This document shows, one piece after another, positions 47,381 through 57,289 of a stretch of DNA of 64,000 bases (positions are counted from its first letter, which is position 1; each line of letters opens with the position of its first letter). The notes under the pieces were generated by a model. That model was not told the origin of the DNA, did no database searches, and was given only the letters and a program-made list of their open reading frames with translations. The position numbers and the translations under genes are program-made. Source of the stretch: an uncultured Actinomycetes bacterium (GTDB lineage Bacteria > Actinomycetota > Acidimicrobiia > Acidimicrobiales > CADCTF01); the NCBI GenBank assembly GCA_963750255.1, contig CAVVPZ010000009.1, positions 48,038 through 112,037 of the forward strand, in the 5' to 3' direction.

Positions 47381-48319
47381 TTAGGTGCGCCCCTCGCTGG
47401 TGAGTATCGATGCCGTGCGGGCTGTGACCGCGTCGCGTTCGTCGTTCTTACCGGTCCACGTGTGGAAGGCGAGATGTCGAAGGCCGATGTGAAGGAGGTA
47501 GCAGTGATGGCGCGCTGCGCCGTGTTCGCCGACCCAAGGCTGGTTCTTGACGGTAGACCAGAGGTCCAAGGCTTGGATGCCTGGATGCCATGGAGACCAG
47601 AACGTGCACCAGGCGACGTCGTAGACAACGTCGCCGCGCACCGAGCACTTCCACGAATAGACCGCCTCGACCTCGCTTACGTCATCGGCGACGAGGACGT
47701 TGCGGTTCAGAAGGTCGCCGTGCACGAGATCACGGTGCTCCGGGCACACATCGAGCTGGTCGGCGACGTGGCGCTCACACTCGCGATAGAGCTCCTCGAG
47801 CGCTCGATCCTCCGCGATCTCGGCCCGCCACCCGTTCACCGTCAAGTTCGGGTCGTCGACCAACGACGCCGTCAGCCATTCCCGCCACGTTGTCGGGCCG
47901 CCACGACTGCCAAACCACGACGCCCCTGCCCCGGGTTGCGCTGGGACCTCGCGGAGCGCGCCGAAGAGACCGAGTACCACGGGCCGGGCAGCCGCTGCTT
48001 CTGCGGCGTCGATGGACTCTAGGAAGCGGCCACGAGATCGCGTCGAGACGGCGAACGCGAACCCGAAGGCCTCTCCGATATCGAGCACCTCCGGGACCGG
48101 AAGCCCGGGGCGCGCAAACTCGTGGGCACGGCGGTCCATTTCGAACCCGTCAGGTTGCGTCCCAACTCGGAACACCAGGTCACGATCGTCAACGCGGTAG
48201 CCGAACGCGGCCGACCAATAGCCGCTCGGGAGCTCCTCGAGCCCGGTGATCTCGCGGCCGTGATACGACCGCAGCCACTCGGCGACGTCTTGGGATCCAA
48301 GAACTGGCCGCGCCTCCAC
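47381..48319 (-). CDS. Aminoglycoside phosphotransferase-like kinase
   Basis: LPVPEVL, LVHGDLLNRNVL, GDVVYDVA. Confidence 0.88.
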   Translation of the reverse strand: MEARPVLGSQDVAEWLRSYHGREITGLEELPSGYWSAAFGYRVDDRDLVFRVGTQPDGFEMDRRAHEFARPGLPVPEVLDIGEAFGFAFAVSTRSRGRFLESIDAAEAAAARPVVLGLFGALREVPAQPGAGASWFGSRGGPTTWREWLTASLVDDPNLTVNGWRAEIAEDRALEELYRECERHVADQLDVCPEHRDLVHGDLLNRNVLVADDVSEVEAVYSWKCSVRGDVVYDVAWCTFWSPWHPGIQALDLWSTVKNQPWVGEHGAARHHCYLLHIGLRHLAFHTWTGKNDERDAVTARTASILTSEGRT

Positions 48320-48361
48320 GGCGCAAATCGTAGAAGACAACACCCGCCCCCGACGCCCACT

Positions 48362-48411
48362 GGTTTTGGGCAGCGTCAGAGCGCGATCGCGCTCCCACGC
48401 TTCCCAAAACG
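48362..48411. repeat. Family A palindrome, copy 3
   Basis: ggttttgggcagcgtcagagcgcga|tcgcgctcccacgcttcccaaaacg. Confidence 0.93.
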
Positions 48412-48463
48412 AGGCAGTTTTCGAGAGACCGACTCGGTGGCTCCTGCTGTACGATAGCGATGT

Positions 48464-48682
48464 ATGTCGGCGACGAGAACTCAGGTGTACCTGACCCAAG
48501 CCCAGCGCGAACGAATCGACCGGGTGGCTCGCGCGAAGGGGATCACCATGGCCGAGGTGATCCGAACCGCGCTGGACGAGTACCTCACCGACACCGCCGA
48601 TCCGACTGAGGCGCTCGCAGCCACATTCGGCCGGGATCCCGACGCCCACGTCCCCTCCCGTGACGAGTGGGAACGTGGCTGA
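48464..48682 (+). CDS. RHH/CopG antitoxin (VapB-like)
   Basis: RTQVYLT...GITMAEVIRTALDEYL; overlaps a PIN toxin gene. Confidence 0.88.
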   Translation: MSATRTQVYLTQAQRERIDRVARAKGITMAEVIRTALDEYLTDTADPTEALAATFGRDPDAHVPSRDEWERG

Positions 48683-49022
48683 CGTCCTCGTGGACACCGA
48701 CGTGTTCATTGATCACCTGCGCGGGGCGAAAGAGTTGAAGGCAGGCCGGCATCGCCTCCACTACTCCGTCATCACCCGAGCCGAGCTCTTGGCGGGCAGC
48801 TCCGCCACCGAGACGGTCACTCAGCTCCTCGGACCACTTCGCGAGGTTCACGTCGACCGAGCCATAGCTGAACGCGCCGGGCGCGTACGTCGCGAAGCAG
48901 GCATCCGACTTCCTGACGCGCTCATTGCTGCCACGGCCCTCGAACACAAGCTCGAGGTCGCGACCCGTAACAGCCGTGACTTCGATCAGGTGCGCGGGCT
49001 CCGCGTTCGCCAACTGGGCTGA
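48675..49022 (+). CDS. vapC: VapC PIN-domain toxin
   Basis: LVDTDVFID, ITRAEL, DALIAATA, TRNSRDF. Confidence 0.92.
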   Translation: MADVLVDTDVFIDHLRGAKELKAGRHRLHYSVITRAELLAGSSATETVTQLLGPLREVHVDRAIAERAGRVRREAGIRLPDALIAATALEHKLEVATRNSRDFDQVRGLRVRQLG

Positions 49023-49078
49023 GCCTGATCCAGGCGAATGCGATTGCCTCGTTGCACGATCAGCGGGCAACCTACGGC

Positions 49079-49763
49079 ATGTCGTTCGGGCACTGGATGG
49101 AGATCGTGGAGGGCGACGTACGGGTGCGCCTCGGTCCGGTTCGGCGGGAAGACGCCCATCGTTTCGTGGCGCCCAGCGCCGACTTTGGCCTGCAGAGCTA
49201 TGAGGTCGGCCGCTACCTCGGCGCGGCCTCCGCTCCGACGGTGCAGGACGAGGAGGAATGGTGGGATGGGGCGAGCAAGAACCCCGACCACCTGCACTGG
49301 GGCGTTTACGTGCCCGAGGACGGGAATGGATGGAAGCTCGTCGGAAATACGACGCTCCATCTCCGGCGCTTGGGACGCCAGGCCGAGAGTGGCTTCCTCC
49401 TCTTTGACCGAGCGTATTGGCGCAAGGGCGTCGCCAGCACCGCCCACCTGGGCCGGACGATGTATGCCTTCAACGAACTCGACCTGCTGGAGATCACCAG
49501 CGCGGCTGACGCGCCGAACATCGGATCAAACAAGGCGTTGACCGGTGTTGGTTACGTGCAGACCGGTATCCGATACGCCAACGGTGTCGTCGGCGGCGAG
49601 CCCGTCGACACCATCCAATACCTCTTGCCCAATCCTGGCAGCGAGGCATGGCGTTACTTTCTGGCGCCGCCCTGACGACGAGATACCAGCCGAGTTTCAC
49701 GCCGGCCGGATCCGGTCCACGTCTGCACTCGAGCGTGCCGCGAAGGCCGTGAGTTTCCTCTGA
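49079..49763 (+). CDS. RimJ/RimL-type GNAT acetyltransferase (probable indel near 49660)
   Basis: ESGFLLFDRAYWRKGVAS, NIGSNKAL; a plausible C-terminus (FWRRPDDE...VSFL) continues in another frame after a T run. Confidence 0.82.
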
Positions 49764-49835
49764 GACGCCGGTCGCAAACGCCGCTCTGTGCCTGACCGTG
49801 GAAGGTGCGAGGCGAAGGCGCGACCATGCAGGGCC

Positions 49836-50324
49836 ATGGGCACGTACCGCTTCCACTTCAGCGAGGATCCGACCATCGAGGTGTTCGTGCCCCGAATCGC
49901 GCCAACCCAGCAAGTGGAGGGCGCGTACGTATGGGCGGACGCCGAGGAGACGAGCCCTCGCTACTGGTTCCCGCGCCACTGTCCCCGCGGCACCTGGCGG
50001 CGGCCCGATGGCACTGGTCGCGTCCACGCGATTCAGTGGGAGTGGTTTGATCGCTTCGTGGCATGCGAGCTGTACGCCTACCGCTTCGACGCATCGCCGT
50101 TCCGAAAGAACCCGGAAGGCGGTGGGTGGGTGACGACAGCGACCGTCGAGCCTCTCGGTGTGGAGCCCGTCGGTCCGCTCCTCGACAAACACCGCGATTC
50201 CCGAATCGAGCTGCGACTCGTCGACGACCTTTGGGCGCTGTGGCTCGACGTGATCAACCAGGCCCGGCATCGAGTTCAGTGGGATCCGCCTGAAGAACCT
50301 GCGGCAGCGACCCGCCAGGTCTGA
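49836..50324 (+). CDS. DUF6886-like protein (possible indel near 50260)
   Basis: FHFSEDPTIEVFVPR, YWFPRHCPR, LYAYRF; the expected EFSGIRL tail lies in a shifted frame. Confidence 0.7.
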   Translation: MGTYRFHFSEDPTIEVFVPRIAPTQQVEGAYVWADAEETSPRYWFPRHCPRGTWRRPDGTGRVHAIQWEWFDRFVACELYAYRFDASPFRKNPEGGGWVTTATVEPLGVEPVGPLLDKHRDSRIELRLVDDLWALWLDVINQARHRVQWDPPEEPAAATRQV

Positions 50325-50338
50325 GTCCAAAAACCTCT

Positions 50339-50388
50339 CGTTTTGGGCAGCGTCAGATCGCGATCGCGCTCCCACGCTTCCCAAAACG
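50339..50388. repeat. Family A palindrome, copy 4
   Basis: cgttttgggcagcgtcagatcgcga|tcgcgctcccacgcttcccaaaacg. Confidence 0.93.
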
Positions 50389-50432
50389 AGGGGGTGAGGC
50401 CGGCGGCGTCGCACATTTGCTACAGTCGTCGC

Positions 50433-50687
50433 ATGTCCGAGGTTGCTTCCCGCGAACTTCGCAACTCGACCCGATCACTCCTGGACCGCGTCGAGTCCGG
50501 CGAGACACTCACCATCACCGTCGACGGGCGCCCGACTGCCGTGCTGGCTCCGATTGGACGGCGACCCCGCTGGGTTCCTCGCAGCGAGTTCGCCTCTCTC
50601 GTGCTTGCACACCAAGCGGATCCCGGCCTCGCCGAGGACCTCGACGAACTCGCAGGCGAGATGACCGACGAAGTTCCCTTGTCGTGA
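50433..50687 (+). CDS. Phd/YefM family antitoxin
   Basis: VASRELRNSTRSLLDRVESGETLTITVDGRP. Confidence 0.92.
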   Translation: MSEVASRELRNSTRSLLDRVESGETLTITVDGRPTAVLAPIGRRPRWVPRSEFASLVLAHQADPGLAEDLDELAGEMTDEVPLS

Positions 50688-51070
50688 GTCGCGGTCTGGC
50701 GGACACCTCGGTCTTCATCGCCCGCGAGAGCGGTCGTTCATTGGACACGGAGACGCTGCCCGATGAACTGGCCGTGTCGGTCATCACGATCGGCGAACTG
50801 CGGGCCGGCGTTCTCGCAGCGAGCACCGTCGAGGTGCGCGACCAGCGACTGGCCACCCTGACCGCAGCCCTTCAGCTGGACCCTGTACCGATCGACGGCG
50901 GCGTCGCTGCCGAGTGGGCTCGCCTCCGGGTGCTGCTCCGGGACAGCGGGCAGCGCATGCCGGTGAACGACTCGTGGATCGCGGCGACGGCGCTCGCTCT
51001 GGGCGTACCCGTCGTCACTCAGGACGACGACTTTCCAGATCTTGCGGATCTAAACGTCACCCGGGTGTAA
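50684..51070 (+). CDS. vapC: VapC PIN-domain toxin
   Basis: LADTSVFI, SVITIGEL, NDSWIAATA, VVTQDDDF; GTGA overlap. Confidence 0.93.
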   Translation: MSRGLADTSVFIARESGRSLDTETLPDELAVSVITIGELRAGVLAASTVEVRDQRLATLTAALQLDPVPIDGGVAAEWARLRVLLRDSGQRMPVNDSWIAATALALGVPVVTQDDDFPDLADLNVTRV

Positions 51071-51108
51071 CGGCCCACCGCACCTATCGACGAGCGCAAG
51101 ATGGAGCC

Positions 51109-52032
51109 CTACCGGAAGGCTTTGTAGATGGAGCCGGCGGCCGGTCCCATGATCACGACGAGCACGGCCGGGAAGATGAAGACGAGGAGCGGAAAAAGGA
51201 TCTTCACCGGGAGCTTGGCCGCCTTCTCCCGGGCCCATTGACGGCGCTTGACCCGCAGCTCGGCGGCTTGGGTGTGGAGGATGCGCCCGAGGGGCATGCC
51301 CAGCGCGTCGGCCTGGGTGAGGGCCAACACGAAGTTGGACAGCTCGCGCACCTCGGTGCGCTTCTTGAGGTGCTGGAGCGCCTCTCGCCGCGACACGCCG
51401 AGCTCCATCTCCTTGAGCATGCGGGCGAACTCTTCGCCGACCGGTGAGGTGAAGTTCTGACACACGAGTGCCAGCGCACCCTCGAACCCGCTGCCGGCCT
51501 CGACCGACATGGCCAGCAGGTCGAGGACGTCGGGGAGGTCGCGGGTGATCGACTCCTTGCGCTCCTCCACCTTGCGGTTGAGCCACGCGGAAGGTGCCAG
51601 TGCAGCCACCGTCGGGATGAGCAACAGCCCGAGCACGGCGAGACGGGTGGCGGGGTCGAACAGGATGGCCCAGGCCAGGGCGAGCCCGGTGGCGGCCACG
51701 GTGAGGAGAACTTGGAGGGCGGCGAACTCCTCGGCCCGGATGCGGTGCGCCAGGCCGGCGAGCACCAGTTGTTGGTGGACGCGGCCGACGTGGCGCCGCG
51801 GTGTGAGTCCGGCCACCCGGGCCAGGCTCTGGCTGGCGGCCGGGCCGAGCACCCGGCCGGCGAAGGGGGTCTCGAGGTTGGCTTCGTAGTCGGAACGGGG
51901 CTCGTCGTCGGTGTCGGCGATAGCGGCCAGGTATTCCGACGGGCTGTCCTGACGGCTCTGGGTCAGCATCAACACGATGAGGTAGCCGCCGACGGCGAGG
52001 ATCAACACACCGGCGAGGAGGGCGAGGGTCAC
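51109..52032 (-). CDS. tadC: TadC (T2SSF family)
   Basis: LPDVLDLLAMSVEAG, AREKAAKLPVKILFPL. Confidence 0.92.
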   Translation of the reverse strand: MTLALLAGVLILAVGGYLIVLMLTQSRQDSPSEYLAAIADTDDEPRSDYEANLETPFAGRVLGPAASQSLARVAGLTPRRHVGRVHQQLVLAGLAHRIRAEEFAALQVLLTVAATGLALAWAILFDPATRLAVLGLLLIPTVAALAPSAWLNRKVEERKESITRDLPDVLDLLAMSVEAGSGFEGALALVCQNFTSPVGEEFARMLKEMELGVSRREALQHLKKRTEVRELSNFVLALTQADALGMPLGRILHTQAAELRVKRRQWAREKAAKLPVKILFPLLVFIFPAVLVVIMGPAAGSIYKAFR

Positions 52033-52033
52033 G

Positions 52034-52997
52034 TCAGACCTCGATCTTGACCATGCGGAGGATGACGACGGCCCCGGTGATGATCGACACCAGGGTGCCG
52101 CCGAGAACGACCAAGCCCCAGCCGTGGAACATCGGGGCCATATACGTCGGGGTCGTGATCTGGATGGCCAGCAACAAGAAGATCGGCAGCCCCGAGAGTA
52201 CGAACGCCGAGATGCGACCTTCGGCGGTCAACACGTCGACCTCGCGGCGCACCTCCTCGCGGGCCCGGATGAAGTCGGCCATCGAGTGGAGCAGGTCGGC
52301 CAACTTGCCTCCGACGCTCTGTTGCACCCGGATGGCCTGGACGATCCAGTGCAGGTCGCGCAGCCCGACCCGCAACGCCATGCGCTCGAGGGCGTCGACG
52401 AGGGGATCGCCGAGGCGGGTCTCCTGCACGACGCGGGCGAACTCCTCGGCCAGCGGCGGGTCGGCGTCCTCGACCATCTGCTGGATGGCCCGCAGGAAGG
52501 TGTTACCGGCCGAGAGCGACGACGCCACCAACGAGATGGCGTCGGGGAGTTGTTCGGAGATGGCGCGGCGGCGGCGGGCCATTCTCCGGCGGGGGTAGTA
52601 GGCGGCGGCCGCGATCACGCCGACGCCGGTGGCCATGCCGAGCAGCGCTTGTTCGGTGATCGCCGCGGCCACGACGCCGCCGGCCGAGCGCGGCGACGGC
52701 GGTGAGGGCGACGTATTCACCGGGGCGGAAGGGGATATAGGCCCGCTCCAACAACTGCGAGAGACTTCCCGACGCGTCGACCTGTTCGACGACGCGCCCG
52801 GCCAAGCGGACGGTGCCCTCGAACACCGGACGGCTGGTCTCGACGGCGCGTTCGATGTCGACGTCGCGCTCGCCGAAGGGGAGGTCGAGGATCTCCGACA
52901 GCGACTCCGTGCGCCCGCGAGCCCGGTTCAACAAGCTCGTGACGATCAGGGCCAGGCCGAGGCCGACGAGCAGGGCGGCGATGAGCTGGACGCTCAC
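52034..52997 (-). CDS. tadB: TadB (T2SSF family; apparent indel near 52684)
   Basis: QLPDAISLVASSLSAG, PPLAEEF, GGKLADLL, LTAEGRISA. Confidence 0.9.
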
Positions 52998-54451
52998 GTG
53001 CCCTTCCCTCTGCGGGTTGCCGTCGCTGCCTTCTTGGTCGCCTTGGTGACGGCGGCCGGGCGGGGTGAGGGCCGGAAGGACGACGCTGGAACTTGAATGC
53101 CGGCGTCGGTCAGGCGGTCGAGGAACTGGGGCCGCAGACCGGTGGCTTCGAGTCGGCCAGTGCCCCGCTCCTGGCCCGGGCTCACCTGATAGAGGAAGAC
53201 GTCCTGGAGGAGAATCGTGTCGCCCTCCAACCCCTGCACCTCGGTGACGGCGGCCACCACGCGGCGTCCGTCGGGCAGGCGTTCGAGGTGGATGATGACG
53301 TCGATGGCCGAGGCGATCTGCTCGCGGATGGCCCAGATGGGCAGGTCGTAGCCGGCCATGAACACCATCGTCTCGATGCGGGACAGGGCGTCGCGGGGGC
53401 TGTTGGCGTGGACCGTCGTCATCGACCCCTCGTGGCCGGTGTTCATGGCCTGGAGCATGTCGAGGGCCTCGGCGCCGCGGACCTCGCCGACGACGATCCG
53501 GTCGGGCCGCATGCGCAACGAGTTCTTGACCAGGTCGCGGATGCGGACCTCGCCCGATCCCTCGGCGTTGGGCGGCCGGGCTTCGAGACTGATGGTGTGG
53601 GGCTGTTGGAGTTGCAGCTCGGCCGAATCCTCGATGGTGATGATGCGTTCGCCAGCCGGGATGAACGACGACAACACGTTGAGGTTCGTGGTTTTCCCAG
53701 TGCCGGTGCCGCCGGAGACCAACACGTTGAGCTTGCCCCGCACACAGGCTTCGAGCACGGTCACGGCGTCGAGGGTGAAGGTGCCCATCGACACCAAGTC
53801 CTTGGCCTGCAGCGGATCGGCGGCGAACTTGCGGATGGTGAGCACGGCGCCGTGGATGGCCAGTGGCGGGAGAATGGCGTTTACCCGCGATCCGTCGGGC
53901 AGGCGGGCGTCGACCATGGGCGACGACTCGTCGATGCGCCGCCCGACGGCCGACACGATCTTCTCGATCACCTGCCGGTACTGCTCGGGGTTGGCGAAGG
54001 CGGCGTCGGTGGGGTGGAGCTGTCCGGCCCGCTCGACCCAGATGTCGTCGTGGGCGTTGCACATGATCTCCGACACGCTCTGGTCCTGCAGCAACGGGTC
54101 GAGCGGCCCGTAGCCGAGGGTGTCCTGGATCAGCTCCTGGACGAACTTGCGACGTTCGGCCGGGGAGATGCTCACGTCCTCGCGCTTGACGCAGCGGTCG
54201 AGGGCCGAGCGGACCTCGGCGGTCAGGGCGGCGCCGTGGAGGTCGACCATACGGGGGCCGAGCTCCTGGAGGACCAGTTGGCGGACCTTGCGCTTCGACT
54301 CCTGCCAGTTCTTCGTGGCCGCCGCGGCTTCGGCAGTCGGCGCCTCCCGGCGGGTGCGGCGCCGAGGCCCGGACGACTGCGCGGCTGTGTCGGCGGCGGC
54401 GGCGTCGGCCTCAGCCTGTTTGGCGGCGGCCAGTCGGTCGGAGAGCTTCAT
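52994..54451 (-). CDS. cpaF: CpaF/TadA pilus ATPase
   Basis: GYGPLDPLL, DARLPDGSRVN, SGGTGTGKTT, LRMRPDRIVVGEVRG, AMNTGHEG; AAGGAGG RBS. Confidence 0.95.
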   Translation of the reverse strand: MKLSDRLAAAKQAEADAAAADTAAQSSGPRRRTRREAPTAEAAAATKNWQESKRKVRQLVLQELGPRMVDLHGAALTAEVRSALDRCVKREDVSISPAERRKFVQELIQDTLGYGPLDPLLQDQSVSEIMCNAHDDIWVERAGQLHPTDAAFANPEQYRQVIEKIVSAVGRRIDESSPMVDARLPDGSRVNAILPPLAIHGAVLTIRKFAADPLQAKDLVSMGTFTLDAVTVLEACVRGKLNVLVSGGTGTGKTTNLNVLSSFIPAGERIITIEDSAELQLQQPHTISLEARPPNAEGSGEVRIRDLVKNSLRMRPDRIVVGEVRGAEALDMLQAMNTGHEGSMTTVHANSPRDALSRIETMVFMAGYDLPIWAIREQIASAIDVIIHLERLPDGRRVVAAVTEVQGLEGDTILLQDVFLYQVSPGQERGTGRLEATGLRPQFLDRLTDAGIQVPASSFRPSPRPAAVTKATKKAATATRRGKGT

Positions 54452-55690
54452 CAGTGTGCGGCCTCCTTGACCGCGCGCTTGAACCATCGCTTGCGGCCGG
54501 AGTCGGGCGCCGCGGAACGCAGCGCGCTGTTCTTCGGGCAGGAGCTCGACCAGGCTGGCGGCGAGGAGCCGGCTGACCTGGGTCTCGGGCGAGGCGGCCA
54601 GCACCGGCATCCCCAGGTTGATGGAGCGGTGCACCTCCTTGGCGTAGGGGAGGGTGGCGGCAAAGCCCGCGGGCAACACCTTTTCGACCTCGGAGATCTC
54701 GAGGCCGACGTCGCTTTCGGCCTTGTTGAGGATGAGGCGGATGTCCTCGGCCGGCATCTTCAGCTTCTCCAAGGTGGAGAGGAACACGCTCATGTTGCGA
54801 ACGCTGGGCAGGTCGAGGGTGACCATCACGTAGAGCTTTTCGCTCAGGTCGAAGGCGGCGAGCACGACCTCGTTGAGTTGGCCGGGCGTGTCGATGATCA
54901 CGAAGTCGAACCGGGCCCGGATGGCGTCGACGGCCCGGGCCACATCGGCGGGGGAGATCTGGTCGGCCTCGGCCGGGTCCTTGGGGGCGGGCAACACGAA
55001 CACGCCCGTCTCGTGTTCGATGAGGAACTCGTCGAGGTCGTCTTCGAACTGCAGGTCGTCGCCCGCCTCGCGATGGAGCGCGTCGTAGATGGTGTAGCGA
55101 GGCCGCAGGCGCAGGGCAGTGGAGACCTCGCCGAACTGGAGGTCGAGGTCGATGATGCAGGCTCGCTTCCCCGTCGAGCGGGCCAGGAAGTAGGCCAGGT
55201 TGGTGGCGAAGAACGTCTTGCCGCAGCCGCCGGTGGCGCTGGCCACGGTGAAGACTCGTCCGACTTCGGGGCCGCTGGGTTCGATGGCCACGGCCGCCGG
55301 CGCCGCTCGCCGCCCGAGGTCGACGGCTCGTTCGATGGCTTGGCCGAGTTCGTCCTCTTCGACGTCGCCGGCCAGGAAATCGAGAGCGCCGATGCGCACG
55401 ACGTCGCGCAATGCCACCTTTGGCGTCGACCCGAACGACAAGACCATGGGCAGGCCCGGATGGGCGTCGCGGATCTTCTGGAGTCGGGTCACGCCAGCCC
55501 GGGTGCCGAGGCTCGGTCCGGCCACGAGGACGTCGAGTGGCAGGAGGTCGTCGATGGCGGCCAGCGCGTCGCTGACCTTGGTCCAGCGGATGACGTCGGA
55601 GCCGGCCAACGTCGACGCGGCCACGACCTCGTCGATCATCTCGGCCAGAGTCTCGCCACGGTCGAGGACGAGGATGCGAGCAGGCTCCAC
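54451..55690 (-). CDS. cpaE: CpaE/TadZ receiver-like plus MinD-like ATPase (apparent indel near 54514)
   Basis: N-terminal receiver-like domain, SATGGCGKT, DLDLQFG, IDTP; basic C-terminal RKRWFKR in a shifted frame ending in TGATG. Confidence 0.88.
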
Positions 55691-55692
55691 GA

Positions 55693-56430
55693 CTACTTCT
55701 GGATCTCGCCGTAGTTGATCGGCGGGGCGCCAGCGGGCTCTTGGTTCTCGGGGACGAGGGTTAGGTAGAGGCCCTCGTAGGAGGTGAGGAAGATGGCCCG
55801 GCCGGCGTCGGCGGGGGACAGGGCGAGCAGGTAGGTGAGTTGGGTGCCGGTGGGCCGTTCGCCCGACTGATCACCGGCCACTCGTGGTGCCACCTCGTTG
55901 GACACGTCGAGAATTTCTGCCGAGGTCAGCACGAGACGAACGGAAGGTCCGCCCGGGGCGTTCTTGATGACGCCGTAGACGTTGACCTTGTCGCCGACAC
56001 CCACGTAGCCAGCGCCGCCGGCCACGAACGGGATCTGGATGGCGACGGCTTGTTTGTCGGCCGGGATCTTGATCGAGCCCTGGCGCAACGTCTCGGCCCG
56101 CAGGTCACTGGCCTTCACCTGCTGCCCGGCGGCCACCGGTGTGCCGACGACGCGGCCGGTGAGTTGATCGGCGCTGGAGAGGGCGTCGGCCGAGCGGGTG
56201 GCGGCGTCGACCTGTTGCACCGTGACGGAGTCGGAGGTGGCGAGGTCGCGGCCCACGGTCCCCGGCGGGATGGCCTTGGTGGCGACGAGGACCGGCACCT
56301 TGCCGGACGCGGCGCTGTTGTTGTCGTTGCCGTCGCTCGAGTTGCGGAGCACGACGAACACGAGCGTTGCGCCAACGAGGAGTGCTGCGATGCCGAGCAC
56401 CAGCGGCAGGTTCGATCGTCGAGCAGCCAT
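55693..56430 (-). CDS. cpaB: CpaB/RcpC (SAF domain)
   Basis: N-terminal TM, VLVATKAIPPG, AVAIQ...GAGYVGVGDKVNVY. Confidence 0.9.
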   Translation of the reverse strand: MAARRSNLPLVLGIAALLVGATLVFVVLRNSSDGNDNNSAASGKVPVLVATKAIPPGTVGRDLATSDSVTVQQVDAATRSADALSSADQLTGRVVGTPVAAGQQVKASDLRAETLRQGSIKIPADKQAVAIQIPFVAGGAGYVGVGDKVNVYGVIKNAPGGPSVRLVLTSAEILDVSNEVAPRVAGDQSGERPTGTQLTYLLALSPADAGRAIFLTSYEGLYLTLVPENQEPAGAPPINYGEIQK

Positions 56431-56767
56431 TCGTTTCCTCACCGTCCCGCCTGTGCACGTTGCACCGGCTTTGCCAGAGTCTCCAGCATCGGCTCGCTCG
56501 CGCCAATAGACCGATCCCGCCATTCGCCAGTTCCGAAGGGACTAGTCCGGTCGCCGTCGGGTGTGGTGTTGGGTGGCAGCTCGCCCACGTGAGGAGGGAT
56601 TGGGGACGACTTCGGGTGAATTGCCCAGGGAGGTGACTAGTCCGTTGGAGTCATTGGATATGCCCTGTTTCGGCCATGGCGGTCGGAGCTGCGACGGGGG
56701 AAGCTTGGAGGGCGGCAAGTCGTCCCCTTGTGGACCGATTTCGTACCGCCCGATGGGGAGCGTTTGC

Positions 56768-57289
56768 ATGGCAAAGCGAGGGAGCAAGAGCGGCGACGAC
56801 GGGGCCGCCCTCGTCGAGTTCGCCATGGTCGCCACGCTCTTGATGATCATCCTCTTCGCCATCATTACCTTCGGCATGCTGCTGGCGGCCAAGCAGACCG
56901 TCACCCAAGGAGCGGCCGAAGCGTCCCGGGCCGCCATCGTCGTCCGCTACACGCCGGCAGACCTCTTGGTGGCCGAATCGCCGCCGGTGGCCGCAGCCCG
57001 CGACCAGGCGGGTCGTTCGCTCGACTGGATCGGTCGCACCTGCGACGAAGGCGACGCCGACGGCGACGGCCTCGCATGCCACATCGTCATGCACGACTGC
57101 GGCGTCGACGCCTCGCTCGCCGCCGTGACCCCCAACAACCCGGCCGTGGCCGACTGCCTGACCGTCGAGGTCAACCTCGACAACAAGGTGCACCCCTTGA
57201 TCGCACCCATCCCGCTGCTGAACGCCTTCATGCCCGATCGCTTGCGATCGGTCGCCGTCGTCCAGCTCGACAACCTCTTGGTGGCCTGA
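56768..57289 (+). CDS. tadE: TadE-like pseudopilin
   Basis: Prepilin site G|AALVEFA followed by a hydrophobic helix and AAEASRAA. Confidence 0.9.
   Translation: MAKRGSKSGDDGAALVEFAMVATLLMIILFAIITFGMLLAAKQTVTQGAAEASRAAIVVRYTPADLLVAESPPVAAARDQAGRSLDWIGRTCDEGDADGDGLACHIVMHDCGVDASLAAVTPNNPAVADCLTVEVNLDNKVHPLIAPIPLLNAFMPDRLRSVAVVQLDNLLVA

Noticed and set aside
52994..55690. 898-aa CpaE-CpaF fusion in the ORF track
   Set aside because: A one-base shift near 54514 restores a typical CpaE C-terminus, a TGATG coupling and an AAGGAGG RBS for cpaF; most likely an indel error.
56431..56560. c-di-GMP riboswitch or sigma28 promoter upstream of cpaB
   Set aside because: Only partial GGCAAA and GCCGAT matches; the spacing and stems do not fit by eye.
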